From the NCBI RefSeq assembly GCF_009914755.1, contig NC_060931.1: 64,000 nucleotides of DNA; one strand, 5' to 3'. The translations under genes and the position numbers were made by a program. This DNA is from the human T2T-CHM13v2.0 reference genome, Homo sapiens. The notes beneath the pieces were generated by a model. The model was not told the DNA's origin and ran no database searches. It was given only the letters and a program-made list of their open reading frames with translations. Below are positions 14,383 through 29,090 of this stretch, in pieces. How positions within the stretch are numbered: the first letter of the stretch is position 1; each line of letters starts with the position of its first letter.

Positions 14383-14959
14383 TAATATACATTCATTTAG
14401 AACTTTCCATTGTTCAAAGTGCTTTCATGCCTGTTATTTTATCCTACCCTTTTCTTGAGATCGAATAAACATATTCAGTAATGAGCACATTTGTGCTGAG
14501 CTATGGTGTCCTGTAAGTCCTAAAACCCTATCCTGATTCAGGTGTCTAAACTGTAACAAAGCACATACTGCTACCAACCGCAAGATTCTGAGGCCTAGGA
14601 AATCGTGGATTACCTGAAAATGTCCTCTTGTATTTCATAATCCAAACTCCAGGGCTGAAGGAAGAAAACATAGAAGACAGGGTAGGGAGAAGTTTTGATG
14701 TGGTTCTTCATCTCAAAACTACTAACAGTAGAAGGTTTTGAAAACAATAGAGCCCTCCCCAGACCCCGTCCAGTAGCGTTGACCACCCATAACCAGCAGG
14801 TGGAATCCGCTGAACTTCAGAAGAGAGGCTGGCCTCTGGTAATCACGGGCAGGAGAGGAAAATCCTTCCATGGCAGAGGGTTTGGTCTTGGGAGTCCCAG
14901 GATCTCCCGGCACCCCCACCACAGCTCAGCAAGGGGCCTGCCGGAGGAGGCAGGGGGCC

Positions 14960-15290
14960 GAGGGACTCATTAGCACCCCAGAGAAAGGGGCGGCTCCTCG
15001 GAGACAGGCCCTGAGCAATTACAGGGTGGCCGAGATGAATCAAAGGGGAATGATGATGGATTCCCCTCATATCGGGAGCAATCAGCATAATTTATCTCCA
15101 AATCAGCAGCGAGACGCGGAGGCAGTGTGCCTGACGCATGGGCAGGCGGTGTGACAGAAATTGTTTTTTAAGTAGTTGCCCTCTGAAAATATTACCCTCT
15201 CCCTGACACTGGGTATAATGAGACCTTGATTATCTGTCAGGCCTGTGAAATTAGGAGTGGTTATCGAGGATACGGGAGCCAGTTGAAGCT
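14960..15290. promoter_or_regulatory. Candidate enhancer-like unique element
   Basis: No recognisable repeat; retained CpGs; TCF/LEF, TALE (TGACAG), GATA, TAAT and CRE-like motifs clustered. Motif inference only. Confidence 0.4.
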
Positions 15291-16014
15291 ACCCCTTTCC
15301 AAAGTGCTCTCATTTTTTTCCTCTCTGTAGCATCGCTCTTTGTTCTTATTCATGCCCTTCCTGCTTTCTTTTGGACTTTCTCTGTTGCCTGCCCTTGTGA
15401 GAAGCAACGTGCCCTTTCCTGCACCCACCATGCAGTGCTGGGGGTGAAGTCAGTGCACACAGAGTGGCAAATCCTGAGAAGTAATGAGGCCGTAGTGGAT
15501 GCCAAACAGTCCTCTGATAACACTTGAGGAAGGCAGTTCCTCGGAGAGCCATTTCTCTTTGCTAAGTTCTATCCATATTTCCGATTTTGTTCTAACTCAA
15601 GGAAAACAAAGACGGAACAGGCTAAGACTGATAGGGAACTGGCCGTCCCTTTCCCAATACATTTTATTCACTTATGGAAAAAAATGATAAGGAAAAGAGT
15701 GAACAATAGGCTTTCCTCTTCCGGGGAGCAGACCCTTTTGCTGTGAGTCCCTGGAGGAAGTCTGTAAAATGCAAGGGGGTGGGTGGAGAACTAGGTAGCA
15801 GGAAAGACCACGGAGGCTGAGTGCTCCCTGCTCTGAATTCCTTCTCATTGCCCCACTGGCCTGGGGTCAGACATCTGCGAGTGTCATCTTTTATTACCTC
15901 AGATTATTTGCTCCATCTCAACAGTGACTTGTAGAGGTTAGAGACCTGCCCGTGAATCTTCACACAGCAATACTGTTCTAGGCTGGTGAGGAAATTTCAC
16001 TTTGCTTAAAATTG

Positions 16015-16140
16015 GGCATTCATTCATTCATTTCTTCAATAAATATTCAGTACTAACTTTAGGCAGGGAGACTGGAGGAATAAAAAGATAAATCTAAAAC
16101 AAATCCTGCCATCGAGAAACCTAAATGAATAGTTGATAGA
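16015..16140 (-). mobile_element. L2 3' end
   Basis: (CATT)n tail followed by CAATAAATATT. Confidence 0.6.
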
Positions 16141-16991
16141 AAGATCAAATTAAATGAAAGATGGTGCTTTGCAATTGCCAATGTTGCAAATGTAAGATGT
16201 TGTTGTTTTACTTCTCCGGCTCCCCAAATGGCAACTGATGTTTTGCATGTAGACTGTGCTCAGTGTTTGCTAATTGATTAAGCTGTACTGACTTTGGCAG
16301 AAAGCCTTAAAATGTTTTCTGGCAGCAAAGGAAAAAATATATTTATCTACAAAGGAGAGATTTAAAATTCCATTGTATCAAAACCAGTGACAATGCCTTA
16401 AGACTTGCATTCTATTTCCCAAATAATCCTATGGTGTTGAAGGACCTTCTCTAGTTGTCGAAAGCATCACTCAGGAGAAGCAGCAGCAGTGTCTGGAATA
16501 CTAAGTGGGCACGAAGGCAGCTCTCCAGCAAGCCGCTCTGAGCTGCTGCTGGGCCAGAGACGGCAGCCAAGACTCCAGCCCCAAAGGAAGGAGCCGCTTA
16601 ACTCACTCCCTGGAAATCCACTGGCACTGAATAACGTTCTCAATCTGAAGCTGTTTGTTGTAATCGGCTGGAACAATTTGATAAATCTCTCATTACATCC
16701 CGAGAAACTATGACATCTATTCTACTATCAGCCAATTGAAATGGCAAACATAACAGGACCTTGGCTCTTCCTGAACAGTCTGGCACGGTTATGGGACAGA
16801 AATTCCATCTCTCACGGAACGTTGTTGCTGCTTCATGGCGGGAGAGAGTGGGAATGCGGGGCTGGTGTGACGATGGAGGGAGCCCTTTCCAGGCATCCTC
16901 AGCTGCTAGCACTGCTGGGAGAAACTAAAGCACCTGTCCATTTGCTTCTTTTATTTGTCACGGCTAGACTGGATTTGAAAATAGAACTCCC

Positions 16992-17244
16992 TGAGCAATG
17001 AGAACACTTGGACACAGGGAGGGGAACATCACACACCGGGGCCTGTCAGGGGGTGGGGGCCTAGGGGAGGGAGAGCATTAGGACAAATACCTAATGCATG
17101 TGGGGCTTAAAACCTAGACGACGGGTTGATAGGTGCAGCAAACCACCATGGCACATTTATACCTATGTAACAAACCTGCACGTTCTGCATATGTATCCCA
17201 GAACTTAAAGTAAAACAATAAATAAATAAATACATAAATAAATA
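16992..17244 (+). mobile_element. 5'-truncated L1PA 3' end (L1PA8-like)
   Basis: Canonical L1PA 3'UTR with G-rich tract and (TAAA)n tail; TSD GAAAAT(A/G)GAACT at 16977-16988 and 17245-17256. Confidence 0.93.
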
Positions 17245-20200
17245 GAAAATGGAACTTTTTCTCCAATTTTATTGAGGCATACTTGACAAATAAAAATTGT
17301 GTCTATTTAAGATATATAATATGATGTTTTGATATACCTGTACATTGTGAAATGATTACCACAATCAAGGTAATTAATACATCCATCCCCTCACATAGTT
17401 ACCTTTTTTTCCATTGGTGACAACAGTTAAGATCTACTTGCCTAACAAATGTCAGGTGTGCAGTGCAGCATTGCTAACTGTGGTCCCATGCTGTCCCAGA
17501 AGTTATTCATCCTGCATAACTGAAACTTTGTACCTGTTACCTGAATATCCACATTCCACACCCCACCCCCCACACTCTGCTCAGCCCCTGGACACCACCA
17601 TTCTACTCTCTGGTTTTATGAGTTCAGCCTCTGTAGGTTCCACATATAAGTGAGATCACGCAGTATTTGTCTTTCTGTGTCTGGCTTATTTCCCTGAACA
17701 TCATGTTCTCCAGAGTCGTCCGTGTTACAGCATGTGACAGGATTTCCTTCTTTTTTAAGGCTAAATAGTATTCCATTGTGTATACATACCACATTCTCTT
17801 TATCCATTCATCCATTGATGACACTTAGATTGATTCCACATCTTGGCTGCTGCGGATAGTGTTGCAGTAAACGCTGGAGTACAGACAGCTCTTTGACACA
17901 CTGATGTCATTTCCTTTCAGTATATACCCTCCAGTGAGGTTACTGGATCACATGGTCACTCTATTTTTCATTTTTTGAGGAACCTCCATACTGTTTTCCA
18001 TAACGGCTGTACCAATGTACACCCCCACCACAGTGTACAAAGATTTCCTTTTCTCCACACCCTCACCAACATTTATTATCTTTCATCTTTTTATAATAGC
18101 CATCCTAACAGATGTGAGGATAGCTCACTGTGGCTTTGATTTGCATTTCTCTGATGACTAGTGATGCTGAGCATGTTTTCATATACCTGTTGTCCATTTG
18201 TTTGGAGAAATGTCTGTTCAGGTCCTTTGCCTAGTTTCCAATCAACTTTTTGTATTTTTTGGTTCTGTTTTCCTTCGGGTTTTGCTATTGACCTGAGTCC
18301 CTTATCTATTCTGAATATGAGCCCCTTGTCAGATGAACAGTTTGCACGTATTAATTTCTCTCAGCCTATAGGTTGTCACTTCACTCTGTTCATCATCCTC
18401 TTTCTTGTGCAGAAGCTTTTCAGTTTGATGCAACCCGACTCGTCTATGTTTGCTTTTGTTATCTGTGCTTCTGGTGTCCTATTTTTAAAAAACACTGCCT
18501 GGACCAATCAAGGAGATTTTTCCCTATGTTGTCTTTTAGTAGTTTTACAGTTTCACATCTTACTTTTACACCTTTAATTCATTTTTGGGCTGATTTTATT
18601 AAGTGTGAGATAAAAATCTAATTTCTGCATGGGATTGTTCAGTTTTCCCAGGACTGTTTGTTGAAAACACTATCCTTTACCACTGCGTTCTTGGCACCTT
18701 TTTTGAAGATTACTTGACTGTAGGTGCATGAATTTATTTCTGGGCTCTCTATTCTATTCCATTAGTCTGTATGACTGTTTTTATGCTAGCATCATGCTGT
18801 TTTAATTACTGCCATTGATAATATTTTAAAATCAGAAAGTGTGATGCCTTCAGTTTTGTTCTTGCTCAAGATTGCTTTGGCTATCTGTAGTCTTTTGTGG
18901 TTCCATATGAATTTTAGGATTGCTTTTCTATTTCTATGAAAAATGTCATTGGAATTTTGATAGGGATTGCATTAAATCTTAAGATTCCTTTGGGTAGAAT
19001 GGACATTTAACAACATTAATTCAATATGTGAGCAAAGAATATATTTTTATTTATTTGTGTATTTCTTTCTTCAATGTCTTATAATTTGCAGTGTACAGAT
19101 ATTTCACCTCCTTAGCTAAATTTATTCCTAAGTATTTTATTCCTTTGGATGCTATTGTAAATGAGATTGTTTTCAGATAGTTTATTGTTATTGTCTAGAA
19201 ATGTAACTGACTTTTGTATGTTAATTTTGTATCCTTAAACTTGGCTTATCTCACTTATTAACTCTTACAGTTTTTTGGTGGAGTCTTTAGGGTTTTCTAT
19301 ATGTAAGGTCATATCATCTGCAAACAGAGAAAATTTGACTTCTGCCTTTGCAATTTGGGTGGCTTTTATTTCTTCCTCTTGCCTAATTGCTCCAGTATTA
19401 TGTTGAATAGAAGTGGTGAGAGTGGACAACCTTATCTTGTTCCTAATCTTAGAGGAAAAGTTTTCAGCTTTTCACTAATGAGTGTAATGTTAGCTGTGGG
19501 CTTGTCATACATGGCCTTTATTATGTTGAGATATAGTCTTCTACACCTGATTTGTTGAGGGTTTTTATAATAAAAGAGCATTAAATTTTGTCAAATCCCT
19601 TTTTCCATTGATTGAGATGATTATATGATTTTTGTCCTTTATTCTATAAATGTGGCATATCACCTTTATTGACCCGCATGTGCGGAACCGTTCTTACATC
19701 CTAGGGAGAAATCCCTCTTGATCATGAGGTATGACACTCTCAATGCTTTGTTGGATTTGGTTTGCTAGTTTTTGTTGGGGGTTTTTGAATCTATATTCAT
19801 CAAGCATATTGTCCTTTAATTTTTTTTTCTAGTGCCCTTGTCTGGCGTTGGTATTTGGATATTGCTGGTTTTGTAAAATGAGTTTAGAAGTATTTCCTCT
19901 TCTTCAACTTTTTGGAAGAGTTTGAGACGGACTGGTGTTAACTCTTCTTTAAATGTTTTGTAGAAGTCACCCATGAAGCCATCTAGACCTGGATTTTTCT
20001 TTGTTGGGAGGTTTGGGAGTACTGATTCAATCTCTTTATTGGTTATTGGCCTGTTCAGATTTTCTATTTCTTCATGATTCAGTCTTGGTAAGTCATATGT
20101 TTCTAGGAATGTATTCATTTCTTCTAAATTCTCTAATTTGTTGGCATGTAATTGTTCATAGTAGCCTCTTATGATCCTTTGTATTTCTGTGGTAGCTGTT

Positions 20201-20313
20201 ATAATGCCTTCTCTTTCATTTATAATTTTGTTTATTTGCATCATCTTCTTTTTTTGGTTAGTCTAGCTAAGGGTTTTTCAATTTTGTTTGTCTTTTTAAA
20301 AAGAGCAAGTACT

Positions 20314-20644
<331 letters not shown>

Positions 20645-21394
20645 CTAATGTTGTTGATTTTTTTCTATTGTTTTTCAAGTCTCTATTTCATTTATTCCTG
20701 CCCTGATCTTTCTTGTTTTCTTCTTTCTCCTAACTTTGGGCTGATTTTGTTCTTCTTTTTCTAGTTCTTGGAGGTCTAATGTTAGGTTGTTTATTTGAGA
20801 TCCTTCTTTTTTTCTTACCATAGACATTTATCATTATAAACTTCCCTTTTCAAACTGTTTCTGCTTCATCCCACAAATTTTGGAATGTGTATTTCCATTT
20901 TCATTTGTCTTAAGGTATTTTTTAATTTCCATTTTTATTTCTTTTTTGATCCATTACTCAGGAGTATGTTGTTTGATTTTTACATACTTGTTAATTTTCT
21001 AGTTTTCTTCCTGTCTTTGATTTTTAGTTTTATACCACTGTGCTTATGAAAGATACTTGATATGATCTCAATCTTCTTAAATTTGTTGAGACTTGTTTTA
21101 TGACCCAACATATGCTCTATCCTGGAGTATATTCCATGTGCACTTGAGAAGAATGTGCATTCTACTGTTTCATTAAATGTTATGTATAGTCCATTAGTTT
21201 CATTTGGTCCACAGCGTTGTTCAAGATTGCTGTTTCTTTATTGACTTTCTGTCTGGATAATCTATCCATTGTTGAAAGTGGGGTTTTGAAGTCCCTACTA
21301 TCATAGCATTATTGTCTATTTCTTCATTTGTTTCTGTTAATATTTGCTTTCTGTATTTAGGTGCTCCAATGTTGGGTGCATTACAATTGTTATA

Positions 21395-21680
21395 TAGTAT
21401 TCCCCCCTTATCAGTGGTTTCACTTTCAGTGGTTTCTGTTACCCACAGTACAGTACAATAAGATATTTTGAGAGACAGAAACCATATACACATAACTTTT
21501 ATTACAGTATATTGTTATAATTGTTCTGTTTTATTATTATTGTTGTTAATCTCTTACTGTGCCTAACTTACAAATTAAACTTTATCATAGGCAGGTATGT
21601 ATAGGAAAAAACATAATAAATACAGGGTTTACTACTCTCCATGGTTTTGGGGCATCCCCCATGGATAAGGGGGACTACTC
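21395..21680 (+). mobile_element. MER44A-type Tigger-family MITE
   Basis: TIRs AGTATTCCCCCCTTATC / GATAAGGGGGACTACT, TA-flanked. Confidence 0.85.
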
Positions 21681-23411
21681 TATACGCTTGATGAATTGAC
21701 CCCTTTATCAGGATAGAGTGAACTTCTTTGGCTCTTGTGACAGTTTTTGACTCAAAGTCTATTTTGTCTCACATAAGTATAGCCAGCCCTTCTCCCATAT
21801 TCATGGAATATCATTTCTTTATTCCTTTACCTTCAACCTATTTAGGTTCTTAAAGCTAAAGTGAATCTCTCGTAGGTACCATATAGTTGGATTTTGGTTT
21901 TTTTTTTCTATCAATTCAGCCACTCTGTGACTTTTGATTAGAGAATTTGATCAATTTATAATTAAAGTAATTATTCATAGATAAGGACTTTCTATTGCCA
22001 TTTTGTGAATTTTTTTCCAAATGTAGTTCTTCATTCCTTTCTTCCCCTCTTGCTGTCTTCTTTTGTAATTGATAATTTTTGTAGTGATATAATTTGATTC
22101 ATTTCTCTTTATCTTTTGTGTGTATCTGCTATACCTTTTTTCTTAGTGACCACTGAGGCTTACATAAAATATAGCTATAATAGTCTACTTTAAGCTGCTT
22201 TAAGAGTTTAAGCACATACAAAACTGCACTTTTATTTCTTCACCACATCTTTTATGTTATTGATATCATAAATTTACATTTTTATATTGTGTATCCATTA
22301 ATAAATTATTGTGGATATAGTTATTTTTAATATTTTTATCTTATAACTCTTATACTAGAGTTAAATCTTTATGTACCACCATTACAGTAATAGAATATTC
22401 TGAATTTAACTATATACTTACCTTTACCAATGAGTCCTATACTTTCATATGTTTTCATGTTATTAATTAGCATCCTTTCATTTTAACTTAAAGAGCTCTC
22501 TTTAACATTTCTTGTAAGGCAGGACTAGTTGTGATGAACACTCTCAGTTTTTGTTTGTCTAGAAAAGTCTTTATCTCTTCTTCATTTCTGAAGGACAGTT
22601 TTGCTACATAAAATATTCTTGGTTTATAGTTTTTTTTTTCTCAGCACTTTGAATATACCATTTCACTCTCTCCTGGCTTTCAAGGTTTCTCCTAAGTAAT
22701 ACACTGATCATCTTATACGGACTTCTCTTGTACGTAATAAACCTCTTTTCTCTTGCTGCTTCCAAAGTTCTCTCTTTGTCTTTGACTTTTGACAATTTGA
22801 ATATGGCCTGGTGCAATCTTCTTTGAGTTGGTCCTGTTTGGACACCTTTAAGCTTCATGAACCTGGATGCCCATATCTTTCCTAAGATTTGGAAAGTTTT
22901 CAACCATTATTTCTTTAAATAAGCTATATGCCCCCCTCCCCCTCCCCTTTTCTCTTTTTGGAACTTCCATAATGTACATATTGGTTTGATTAATAGTGTC
23001 CCATAAAATCCACAGGCTTTCTTTATTCTTTTTCATTCTTGTTTCTTTTCTCTCCTTTGAGTATTTCAAATGACCTATCTAGAAATTTAAAGATTCTTTC
23101 TTCTCCTTGAGAAGTCTGCTTTTAAAGCACTCTATTGTATTTTTCATTTCATTCATTCTACTCTTCAGCTAAAGAATTTCTGTTTGGTTCTTTTTTATAA
23201 CCTCTATCTCTTTGTTGAACTTCTTGTTTTGTTCATGTATTTTTTCCCCGATTTTGTTGAATTGTCTATGATCTCTTGTAGCTCACTGAGCTTCCTTATA
23301 ATAATTATTTTGAATTTTTGTTATTCAATTCATAGGTATCCATTTCTTTGGGGTTGGTTACTTACTGGAAAAGTATGCTCCTTTGTTGGTGTCATATTTC
23401 CTTGATTTTAA

Positions 23412-23765
<354 letters not shown>

Positions 23766-25709
23766 CTTTGCATTTGAAGACATGGTCACCTCTTCTAGTC
23801 TTTACTGACTGGCTTTGAGAGAGAAAGACCTGCAGTCAGCTCAGTGAGGGATTTGAGGGTCTCTCAGATCTTTTCTGGAGATATGCCCACTTCACTCCCC
23901 TTGCTTACTCTTGGGAGTGGACAGAGTCTTATAATTATAAGCCTTCCCTTCATTCCCCAAAGCCAGGTCAAGTCCAGAGTGTCTTCCATTTATTTGTCCT
24001 AGTGTAGTGTCCTGACTTGTTCAAAGTTGTGTGCCTTCTTCCAGTCTCGCAGAGTTGAGCCAGCTATCTACATGTGTTTGTGCACAATCTACAGAGACTA
24101 AGACACACAGTCTGCAGGGCTATGCACAGACTGCCAGCTATAGGGGGTGTAGAGGAAATGCATGGAGTGTGGGGAGTATGCATGGGCTATTTGGTGGGGG
24201 AGGGGGTCCACAGTTGATCCATCCTACATGGTTTGTGGGCAAACCTCTTGGTGAAGTGCATAAAGTTGTTAGTAGAAACTGAACCCATTGTTGAGTTCTG
24301 CACCCAAATGCTGTGAGCCCCTGCTCCCTTTCTTTGATCACAGCTACATCCAAACTGTTCAGCCATGCCAATCTCCTCAGTGTCCTGGTATAGCGAGAAA
24401 GGCGTGAGCCTCTCAGGTAGGTGGAGAATCTGGGCACTCACTACATTCTCATGTTTCCCCTTGGGAAAAATCACAGGCCAAGGAGGTCTCCTATGACACT
24501 AAGCAATGCCATTTTGAGGGAGAGGTAATGTGGGTAACATGAAACTATTCTTCTTACCCTCTTCAATGTGTCTGCTATTGGATTTTTTGCTCCAAATGGG
24601 TGCTGGGACCTCTCCACTGAACTCTCAGGCTTCCACGAAGGTACTCTCATTCATGGATGTTTGAAAACTCCTGCATTTGGCCTTTAAACATAGTGTTCCA
24701 CTATCACATTTACTATAATAATGAAATGAAAAATAATGTATTTATAAGATCTTATAGAAAAACTTAAAATATATAAAAATAGTGTTTTATAAAAACACAT
24801 ATGCGCCATGGTATAATTAGGTTTGGTGGTCACATAGTACATTTCATTACCTGGGTTCTGATGGATATAAAAAACTTTCTTGCTTTTGTATACTTTAATT
24901 GCTTGGCTTCCAGAATGGGGTCTGTCAGAAAGCCTTTAGAATAAAGGGAAATATTATCCACAGGAGCAGAGTGATCTTGTGGGAAGAGCTCGGAGTAAAG
25001 TTTCAGGGCCCAGGTTCTACCCCCAAGCTCATCATCCGCAAACTATCTGGCCATGCACAATTCCTCAACCCTATATATCAGTGTCAATAAAACAAGTCAA
25101 AGAATCTTATGGTAGTAAAGCCTAGACTATGAATGCCACAAAACTTTGGTTATTCAATAAGATTAGTGAATAAATATTGAAAGACCGAAGTCCCATTACA
25201 ATGGCAGAGGTTTCTACCGTGATTATGTGAGCCTGAATATTTAAGTAATGACAGAATTTTTTCTTCAAAATCAGACCTTGATTGAGCCCCAGCTCTAAGA
25301 GGAGTTTGGGTGCCAGGACAATCGCCATTCTGATTCACTGGAGATCTACACCGGTAAATGAGGCAGACAGCCTCTGCCTGCTATTGCCATTCATTGGTAG
25401 AAAGTATATGAAAACACAAGCTTTCGCAAAAAGTAACAAAAGTAAAAGATGATTGTTTCTGTAGTGTTATCTTTTTCCCTCTACTATAAAGGAGGATGAC
25501 GTTTTGTGACACCTCATCCTATTTTCCTTGGTTCTCCTGTAACTTTATGGACAGAGATGAACCGAAGCATCCCCTTCTGGTGGTGGAGTTTCATGTTTAT
25601 AAAAGATGTGAAGTTTCCATATGTAAAATATGATCACCAGACCTCAAGAAACACATAAAATAAGCAGGAAGCAGTCAGAAAAAATAACAGTTATCAAGAA
25701 GGGGATTGG

Positions 25710-25761
25710 AAAGAAAAGAGAGAGAGAAAAGGAGAGAGAGAGAGACAGAGAAAGAGAGAGA
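25710..25761. repeat. GA-rich simple repeat
   Basis: Visible. Confidence 0.9.
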
Positions 25762-26012
25762 TCTTTAACCAAAAAATGCCAAAGCTTGGAAGAGAAGAAA
25801 TTTAAAAATAATCAATAGTAGGATAAACAGCTGCAGTAAAACCCAGAATGCAAAATCTGTGTGTTCTCATGAAGCTTGAGAAGGTGAGGGTAGTTTAAAA
25901 CAAAGTTTATCAAGTGCACCCTAGAATGTAAAGAGCTCCAAATCACGAGTAGCCCAGCTCCGGCGCTCCCTCACTGAGTGCCTGGGAACAGCTTCCGGAT
26001 GGCTCGGTACCT

Positions 26013-26112
26013 GACCCGGAGATGAGGCCCCTTCCTGACTTGCGCACACGGACCTGGAGATGAAGCCCCTTCCTGACTTGCGCACACGGACCCGGAGATG
26101 AGGCCCCTTCCT
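26013..26112. repeat. 38-bp tandem repeat, ~2.6 copies
   Basis: GGAGATGA(G/A)GCCCCTTCCTG at 26018, 26056 and 26094. Confidence 0.95.
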
Positions 26113-27035
26113 GCCTAGTGCACACGATCACGGGGATCTATAGGCACACGATCACGGGGAGAGAAGCAGAACCACTCGGAGAGCACATTGCAGGGGTTCA
26201 ACCTCACGCAGTGATGGGAGCGGGCTGGACACTGTGTGTGAAGACTTTCTTTCTGTGTCTGGTGCTGGGCTCTGAAATCCATGGAGCACACAGCCAGGAA
26301 GGGGAAAATGAAAATGAAGTGAGGAAAACAGGCACAACCATGACACGGAGGCTGAGCTGGACCCGCCAGGGCAGCCCGGAACTGCATCCTCTTTCTCCCC
26401 TGGCAAGGCCCATGCTTCCTTACCGGGCTTCGTGCAGGAGAAGCGGATTCCCTCCGTCATCCAGCTAAACACACGGACACTGAAGGCGGCTCCATCTGGC
26501 AGGAGTGGAGGCTGCTGAGGGCCCAGTGGCTGCCCCACCCACCCGGTCAGCCAACAGCAGGCACCCATGTGGGAGCCACAGGGAAGCCTTTGCCCTCGCT
26601 CTTACCTTCTGAGTCTAGAATCATGACAAGCCGCCAAAACACCACACCTGCTAAATATCACACAAAATGTCTCTGGGCCTCACAGCCCAGGACCAAGCAG
26701 GGAAGGGAATTCAGGTAAACACAGCTCCAGTGTACTTGTGTTGACACAGCCTACGTCCTTCAAAACCAGCGCCGAGCTCAAGGCACAGAGATGCTGTTTC
26801 TGGCCTCTGAAAACTGAGTCTGCTGGGGAAGACAAGGTGTACGGGGCTTTTCAGACTGCACTGAGTGTCAGAGCAATGATCATGAGAGCTCAGGCCCACA
26901 GGACGGAAAAGGGCTCCCATTTGACTCTGTGAAGTGTTTGGGGAGCACAGAGCAGGGTGATAAGGGTTTCGTGGCTGGAGGGGCCGTCTATTCCTGCACA
27001 GAGGAGCAGCCGTGGGAAGATGGCTCGACGGCTCA

Positions 27036-27632
<597 letters not shown>

Positions 27633-28669
27633 TCAGAAGCCCTGGTTTTAACTGAACAGAATAGTTATTAAACATAAAAAAATTTATCCAGAGGGCCAGC
27701 TTAGACATAAATGTGTAAGTGAATGTGGCTCTTCGTCTCTGGAGAAAATCTTGTGAGTTTATTTTCTGTTATTATTTAGCTATTTGATATTGATATTTAC
27801 ACCATATATTGGTGAATTGGCATGTGGACTTTACTCCGCTGTTGTACAGGAGCTAACCTATTTGATGTTTCTATAGTTAAAGACCCTTGAAGGGCATCAA
27901 GATTCTAAAGGTTGGCTTTTTTTATTTGACAATATGCAAAAGAAAACTCAAATAGGGACTGTGACCAATGCCCAGATGTATTTTTCATGTGAAGCAGACA
28001 TTTCTTAATGTATTTGCTTCCCTTTTTTTGCATTAATCCCTCAGTTATTCAGTTTACTGTTAATAAAAGATTATCAAAAGAGCGTTTATAACTCAGCATG
28101 GTAGCAGCCAAGGACTTAACGCTGAGATTTCTGGAAATGTGCTATCAAAAGCTATGTACTTGTGTATGCGTGTACCTATAGATCCCCATGAACACACAGA
28201 CTTTAGTTTTTGTTCATTTTAATTCTATAATCTCACTGAAAGAAAAAGCACCTGCATAAAATAAAAATCTCAAAGAATGGGTCAATAGCCATTGAAAATA
28301 ATGTTGGAACAGGTGTTGTACAAAAATCTTTGATCTTGAAGACCCTTTTAAAAGTGTCAGGAACAAAGTACATGTCTAAGTCAAAGAGAAAACCCCACAA
28401 GTATTGTTTTCTAAAGTAAGGGAGGTTTTTTGTTTAATGCAAACTTTGTCCTATTACCTGATATTTCATCAGTTACCATTGAAAGGACAAAATCCATGGG
28501 AATTAGAAATATGGTGCAGAGGGACGCTGTTCTTTCCTTGAACCACAGATACTACAGCGAAGAGGAATGGCAGACAGGCAGAAGGAAGTCCTGGGCACAT
28601 TCTAAACATTAAGCTAAGATGTAGACAAGCATCTCCTCATCATACCATTACAAGTGCCTAGCTTCTTCT

Positions 28670-29090
28670 TCTTCTTCTTTTTTTTTTTAATACTTTAAGT
28701 TCTGGGGTACATGTGCAGAACGTGCAGGTTTGTTACATAGGTATACACATGCCATGGTGTTTTGCTGCACCCATCAACCCATCATCTACATTAGATATTT
28801 CTCCTAATGCTCTCCCTCCCATTGCCCCCGTCCCCCAACAGGCCCCAGTATGTGATGTTCCCCTCCCTGTGTCCATGTGTTCTCATTGTTCAACTCCCAC
28901 TTATGAGTGAGAACATGTGGTTTTTGGTTTTCTGTTCTTGGGTTAGTTTGCTGAGAATGATGGTTTTCAGCTTCATCCATGTCCCTGCAAAGGACATGGA
29001 CTCATCCTTTTTTATGGCTGCATAGTATTCCATGGTGTATCTGTGCTACATTTTCTTTATCCAGTCCATCATTGATGGGCATTTGGGTTG
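28670..29090 (-). mobile_element. 5'-truncated L1PA 3' end (L1PA7-like)
   Basis: Antisense L1PA 3'UTR; TSD GCTTCTTCT at 28661-28669 and 29091-29099. Confidence 0.93.

Noticed and set aside
19816-20244. 142-aa ORF with clear protein homology
   Set aside because: A decayed L1 ORF2 fragment, not a host gene
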